From the NCBI RefSeq assembly GCF_009914755.1, contig NC_060927.1: a stretch of DNA of 64,000 nucleotides; one strand, given 5' to 3'. This document shows, in pieces, positions 57,411-64,000 of the stretch. This DNA is from the human T2T-CHM13v2.0 reference genome, Homo sapiens. Each line of letters starts with the position of its first letter. Position 1 is the stretch's first letter. The translations under genes and the position numbers were made by a program. The notes beneath the pieces are model-generated. The model was not told where the DNA came from. It did no database searches and saw only the letters and a program-made list of their open reading frames with translations.

Positions 57411-58569
57411 TTTCTTCTCAATGTTTCAGGGACCCTGCATTTTTCTCAGTTCTTTTCTCCTTTCTAAAGTTCCATCTCAGTTTCCTTCATGGGTTTTTCT
57501 TCCTTTCCCCATATTCCGTGTGGCTACCTCAGTATAAGGTGCTGTCCTCTGCCTCTTTGCTCTATGCTCTTTCTCCTCAACATTCACCTCTCAGCAGATC
57601 CACTCCTCTCCCTAGCACCAGACTGGCATATCTGTGTGCTGGGCCATTCAAGTCAACAGTTCAGTTCTTTGATATCTATTGAGAAATTTCTCAGTATCAG
57701 GCTTTGTGCTGGGTGCTGGGACTACTCACATGAACATCACACAATCCTTTCCCTTGGGCAAACCACTGAATGAAGATACCTATAATCTAGTCACAGTGAT
57801 ACTCAAAATATTCCAGGCTCATCAACTCCCCCTATTCCCCAACATGCTCTTACTGATGGAGCAATGGCCCCATCATCTCTTTAAACACACAAGATGCGAG
57901 GGTCATGTTGAACTTCTCTTTCTACCCCATCTAATATCCAATGATGTGACAAGCCCTGTTTGTTTTAAGTCTACACTTTAAACTCCCATCTTCCCTTCTT
58001 TCCACCCCCTCTCCCCACCCTGTGGCCCTCACATTAAGTTCCTTACTATGCCTCTCATAGAGGGCTGAATTGGCCTCCTAAATGGTATCTCTACATCCAA
58101 TTTCTTCCCCCTCACTCAGCAGGCTCCATTCTCATGGGTCATTTGCCTTGGGAACAGGCTTTCAAGGAACAATATTATCAGAGTGATTGTCTTCTTCCTA
58201 TTATTCAGAAGTCTCTTTGAAGGAAAGAACTAAACAGAATCTTACTCATCTTTGAGAAATATCTACTTGTTCCATCAGTGAGTGTGGATTGTGAGGCTCT
58301 GAGTGCCTCATAAGTTGCCTGACTTGACAGATGTAAGCAGCAAACATCATACTGATGAGGATAGATAAGGGTCTAACATATGGTTTCAGCTCTAAGTGCC
58401 ATGAAGCTCCTGAGAAATTCCCACTCTGGCCTTTGCAATAGATTCCAGAAAATCCTCTACTCTTCCAATTTTATCACATCCTTCAAAACTTTGTGATTCT
58501 GGATTACATTTCATTAGGATATTTGTTCTTTACTCTTTGAAAATGGGAAGTACCAGAATAATTTGTCTA

Positions 58570-59075
58570 TGTTGCTCACTTAATCAAAAACTTTCCATGA
58601 ACAACTCCTCACAGCCTGCAGCCAAGCTCCTTAGGATTTGGTCCAATCTGCTTTCTTGGCTTGTTCTCCTACTTAGCATACTTACCACCAATCAGATTCC
58701 TGCCCATATTCTATTTGTATTGTGTGCATTCTGGTCTTTGATCAAGTTGTCACATCTGTCTACAAAGCCTTCCTGCTCCATCTTGGCATGTCCAGATCTT
58801 ACATCTCCTTCAAATCTCAGCTCAAATGCCTCCTCTTCCATGAGGTTTAAGGGAGGTCTTTTAACCAGAAGCACATATTCCCTTTCTGAACCTCCAGCAT
58901 TTAATTTTTATCTCCGACCACACCAACCACCCTCCCCTTATGGTAGCTGGCTGGTTACCTATCACTTGTCTTTCCAGGACAGACCTGTGTCATTCTCATC
59001 TTTGTGTTCCTTACAAAGCCTTGTAGATTGCTTCCCACAAGGCGGATACTCAGTAACCATTTGCTGCATGATTAG
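58570..59075 (+). mobile_element. L2 3' region
   Basis: tccttcaaatctcagctcaaatgcctcctcttccatgagg...catctttgtgttcc...atactcagtaaccatttgctgcatg. Explains ORF 58537-59097. Confidence 0.7.
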
Positions 59076-59814
59076 GATATATATTGAGAACATGTGACAG
59101 GCAAAACTCAGTAGTAGGCACTATAGAGATATATAAATACAATTCCATTTCTGCTCAAAACATGTACAATCAAGTAAGGCATTTACATATGTACTACACA
59201 GTAAACATTAGCATGTTATACATTTCATAAAAAAGCTTTGAAATGCTGTAACTTTAATCCTTTAAACCCATCTTTTTCAACTTACAAAACACACAGAACT
59301 TTTAAAAGAAACTATTGCAGCATTCACTTGAGTTATTTTTATCATGCTATTATTCAAATAAGAACAAACATAAAGCTTATGGTTATAGCATGTGATACCT
59401 ATAAAATCAAGACACACTTATAAATTGTAACCAAGCAAAATTATTCTTTATTGTGTCAACTGTTTCGGGCTACAAGATGCCTTGAACAAGCTAGGAGGAG
59501 CTTGATGGAGAGTGATCTGGGGTCAGGGAGACTATTGGTTGGGAGCCCCCATTCCTGGGAAGTAGAGCTTTAGGCTAGGGTATATATCAGAGTCTGCATC
59601 TTTGATGTGATGCAATGGGTGAGAAAGAGAAGTGGCAGAGGCAGCCAAGCAGAGGAAATCCTCAAGAAGAGGGATTCTAGCAGCCACAAAGAGGCATAAA
59701 GACCAGGATAGACCCCAGGAAGCATAGGAAAAGAGCATCTCAGAAAAATGCTTTTGGGCAACATTTAGTTTGAGCTTGTGCTCTCTCTTAGACTCTCTGC
59801 TAAAGACTTCCCAT

Positions 59815-59992
59815 TAATGCCATTATTTAATCCTCACAGTAAACCACAAGAGAGGCACTATCATTAGTCATGGATCAGGAAATGAGCATTAAGGAAATTC
59901 CATAATTTCCATCAAGTGCAAAACTGGCAAGTGAGAGAGCCTGAATTTGAATCCAGATTTACCTGACCCTAGAGTCTGAGCCTGTAACCAGT
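59815..59992 (-). mobile_element. MIR
   Basis: tttaatcctcacag...gagcctgaatttgaatccagattt...tgaccctagagtctgagc. Confidence 0.7.
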
Positions 59993-60994
59993 ATGCAGGA
60001 CCACCTCTTGGCTGGCTCCTGGCCTCCTGGCCCCATGTATTTGTTTTCTTTTATTTCTAAATGGCAGCTGGGGAATGTTACCAGGAAAGTAAACTCCCTG
60101 AGTCATTCAGGATTGGGCACCAACCCAAGCATGCCTGTACCCTCCAGGGAAATGTGGGGAGGAAGAGGGAGGAAAGCAGAGATGGAACGTGTTTTAGAGG
60201 GGGCCTCAGGCAAGTCATGCTCACAGGGACCGAATTTCAGAAGGACCCCCTGAGATTTCTCATAGAACATTTGGTTTCAACTCCAAATATCTTTTAAGTT
60301 TGCACTGTGCACCTATCACTGTGTTTAGTGTTTGGTTGATTCAGGATTTTTGAATTACCCCAGAAGTGATTACAGCTCCCACACACATGAGCAGGATATG
60401 CTGAGTGTGTGAAAGAGAAGTCTGGGGTTTGACAGGATGGTGTTTATTAGAGCCATTTAGGAAGAAAAGAGAGAGCTCCCTTCTGAGTTGTTGCTGCTGA
60501 CACCAATCTGTGCATTCACACTGAGGACAAGTTTGATGACAAATCAGTAGCATGCATTCATATGCCTCTCAAGAGCATGTTTATAGAACCTACTGGTGTA
60601 TAATACAATATGCAGATTCCAAAGAAATAGAAGTCAGAGTCCTTACTCCTCTCTCTAGTTGTTGATGACACAGCTGAGATTTAAGTTTATAGAGCAAAAT
60701 AAACAACTCAGGCTCAAAATGGCACTAGCCATCCCTAGAAGTTACAGTGCCCACAGATAAGGCCAACTGCAGACTATGTACAGGAAGTACAGAGAAATGT
60801 CAGTTTCCACTCCCACCCCTCTTTGGAATCTTTCCCTTGAACCCACAAATCCAAATCGGGGGATAGAAATCTGAGTAAATATGCATTAGCTTCAGATTCT
60901 TTAATTCTATGGGACCCAGAATGGGCTTGCTGGGATGTTAGGGGCCTAATGCCCGAGTGTTCTAGGGGCTCCTGGGGATTAAGAGATAATCAGT

Positions 60995-61095
60995 ATTGTC
61001 CTTGAGGGTAGGGACAGTATGTTTGGGCCCCCATCACCTAGAGCAGTGTCTGACACATAGCAGTTGTGTAATAAATGTTGGTTAATGAATCAACA
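60995..61095 (+). mobile_element. L2 3' terminus
   Basis: tccttgagggtagggac...cctagagcagtgtctgacacatagc...aataaatgttggttaatgaat. Confidence 0.7.
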
Positions 61096-62893
61096 AATGG
61101 TGTTCCAGGGACTTCAAACTTGGTGAAAGTGGCATGGTGGTCAAGTGATGAGTAGGAGAGAGTGGGGCAAAGCCTGGTAGCATTTGCCTGGAGCCCTACA
61201 AGATACCTGGTGAATGTAGATTCAAATCAGAGTGGCTAGGTTTCACCAGAGACCTCGTGCTGCTGCCCTCTTTCCTGAACAGATGCCATCCGACTATCTG
61301 ATTTCATCAGGAAAACAGGAGGAAAAAATGATATTTTGCCTGAAGCCATTTTTAGAAGACGAGAGAGAATAGAGTCATTCTTGCCTGTCACTGCGGCTTG
61401 TTCAATTTAAACAAGCAAGATTCAGGAATGAGCAAACCATTAATGCAAAAGAAAAAAAATCAACATAAAATGCTCTGACGAGAACTCCTCTGTGTTCTTT
61501 TGAAAACATCATTTGGATGATAACTCAAAATTGGTTCACATTATCATTACCAGTTTGGGACACTTTGTTATCCATTTTAGTTCACTTATCTTATTTTTGA
61601 CCCCAAGAAAGTACCGAGGCACCTTCTACTAGTCAAAAATTTAGGAAACAAATATCTTACCTTCACTGAAAAGGCATTTCGAATATAAAATAAGATGTGA
61701 CAAGGTATCTTTCCTCCTTTAGATGCATAAGAAATTTTGCTTTGTTACTTATAGATTTTGTAATCTGTGATTCATGTTCAAAGAGAAAGCAGCAACCCAC
61801 TGGGGAATTGCTCACATGAAAAGTGCACTTATTATATTAACTCCATTAGATGCACGTTAGAGTCTGTTCTCTGTATGGAAGGAGCTGAATAATAGCATAC
61901 AAAATCACTGTTATTTGAGTTCCTGAGCAGCATCCTGGATTTCAAAATGACTCATAGAAAAATTATAAACAGCCCAAAGCTCACAAATTAGGGTAATAAA
62001 AAAAATCTCCATAATTTTTTCAATATGGTAGTATGACATGATTTTAGTAGTAGCCAAAGAAATAATCAATATTTAAAGATGTTTGTGACATGGAGAGCAA
62101 ATGGGGGAAATGACCTATACTTGAATCAATTGGCAAGAGCTTGAAATACATTTTAAAATGGGGATTTCAAATCACCATCAAAGTATTTCTCTTAATTACT
62201 CATTTCCCTTGGAATTTACTGGAAGCATTTTCTACCTATGCTTATATTATCAATGACAAATGATACATTTAGTTCTGGGGAGCTACGATAAGGACTCACC
62301 CTTTGCATATCTATGTGTATATGTATTTATTTATATATAGATACATGTATACATAACATTTATATACATATACAAATATGTGTGCATTTTTCTTATCCTA
62401 CCCTCTTCTGAATAAACTGTGAGGACAAATTGTCCTGGAGAGTCCTGGTACTAGAATAATATATTCATGAAGTGCAACAGTCATAATTTTATTCAAGTTT
62501 TGTTGTCTTTTCTCCCCCTGGGAAACTTCTGGAGGAATTAGATGTGTAAACCCAGAATACTGAGAAATTGCTAGTCAGAAAAAAATGGTTCTAATGAAAC
62601 TGCCCTACTGATGAACTCTAACTTTCTCTATAGCTTCCTTAATAAAAACAACAGAGCAGCATTAATGTATTGCCTTTGCAGTTTCTTCACAAATTAAAAT
62701 CCCTCTTTTTTTTTCTATCCAGAAGATCTGAAACTTCTATAAGCCCAGCATCTAAATCAGTTTTTGACTGAAATGAGTACAGGCAAGCTCTGAGGCAGCT
62801 CTATCCAGGGCTATGACAAGAATGAAGTGAACACATTTTACCCTACATGGAAATGTCCATTCCAACAAGTGCTAATTTGACAATGGTAATGAT

Positions 62894-63328
62894 TACTATG
62901 GGTTGAATTGGATTATCCCAAAAGATATGTTAAAGTCCTAACCCCTGGTTCCTGTAAATGTGATTGTATTTGGAAATAGGATGGATGCAGATATCATTAG
63001 TTAACATACTGGAGTAGGGTGGATCTTTAATTAAATAAAACTGATGTCTTTGTAAGAAGAGAAGAGACACAGACACAGAGGGAAGATGACCATGTGAAGA
63101 TGGAGGCAGAGATTGAAATTATGCTGCCACAAGCCAAGGAACTCTTGGGGCTACCAGAAGCTGGACGAGGGCAAGGGAGAATTGCCTGTAGAGCTTCGAA
63201 GGGGACATAGCTCTTCTATCAGCTTGATTTCAGAATTCCTGCCTCCAGAACTGCGAGACAAAAAAGCTCTGTTGTTTTAAGCCACCTAGTTTGTGTTACT
63301 TTGTTATGGCAGCCCTTGGAAATTAACA
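62894..63328 (+). mobile_element. MLT1C MaLR solo LTR
   Basis: tactatgggttgaattgg...ccaaaagatatgttaaagtcctaacccctgg...ttgttatggcagcccttggaaattaaca. Perfect TSD atgat (62889-62893, 63329-63333). Confidence 0.92.
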
Positions 63329-63344
63329 ATGATTATAATAGTAA

Positions 63345-63460
63345 TATGAATAATAGCAACAGCATCTCATTTACTGTTTTCTATGTGTTAATAACAATTC
63401 CAAGTGCTTTACACATATTATGGGCTTTAGGGTCTCATTTTACAGATAAGGAAGCAAGTA
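63345..63460 (-). mobile_element. MIR fragment
   Basis: aataatagcaac...catttactg...caagtgctttacacatatta...cattttacagataaggaa. Confidence 0.7.
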
Positions 63461-64000
63461 GAGAAAGCAAAAGAAAGACATTGAAACGTGCAATGGGGAA
63501 ATTTGTTTCCATACAAATAAAACAAACCATCTGAGGAGCCTTCAAGAGTAGGCATCTTTCCATCACCAGCTTCCTGTTGGATGGGGTATCAGGAGACATG
63601 GCCTCTGGCCTTGATTTTGCCACACACTACCCTGTACTGTTTCTTGGAGATTGGATGATCTCAGAGGCGTCTCCCAGCCCTAAAACTCTAAGATTCCATT
63701 GAAAACTTGTAATTCAAGCAATCAAATAGTGAATGGTGACTTGCTAGGGACTGAGAGATGCCCTGAAGTCAGTGTGAGACACTTCCATGGGGCTGGTTGT
63801 GCAAATTCTCATGACACAGGGCTCTGGTCTTCCTTTTGGGCCCATAGGCACGTGCCCAGATGTGGCCCCAGGGCCTGAGGGATCAACAGGATGCCATGGT
63901 GCTGGGGACCCTGCACTGTCCAGTGTAGATGGTTTTCCCTTCTTCACCATACAGAGCCCTTGGTGAGCAGCTTCTCAACTTGCTGGGGGAGGGTCTGTGT

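Noticed and set aside
58537-59097. 186-aa ORF
   Set aside because: Overlaps an L2 3' relic, has a non-ATG start and Ser/Leu-rich noise.

Overview
Primate (most likely human) AT-rich, CpG-poor non-coding DNA, intronic or intergenic. I find no credible protein-coding gene, RNA gene, CpG island or CRISPR array. The long ORFs are either chance frames or decayed Alu, L1 ORF2, LTR and transposase sequence. A large part of the window is interspersed repeat: about 16 Alu-family insertions (J/S/Y, FLAM, FRAM-like), L1PA/L1MA/older L1M pieces, L2 and MIR relics, solo LTRs (THE1B/C/D, MSTB, MLT1, MLT2, MER39B), a Tigger1 deletion derivative and a Tc2-type (Kanga/MER104-like) DNA transposon. Many have target-site duplications (TSDs) readable by eye. 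Subfamily names come from my recall of consensus sequences, not from a RepeatMasker run. The most interesting signals are small-scale: a perfect 18-bp-arm hairpin in unique DNA (21441-21483); a polyadenylated chimeric L1 retro-insertion inside the Tc2 element (27219-27395); tail-to-tail Alus around (TA)27; two template-switch or end-joining scars (18457-18488, 46341-46393); an 84-bp local duplication spanning an L2/MIR junction; and candidate RFX/NF-Y/GC-box regulatory modules. I cannot support a claim of a new multi-gene system here.
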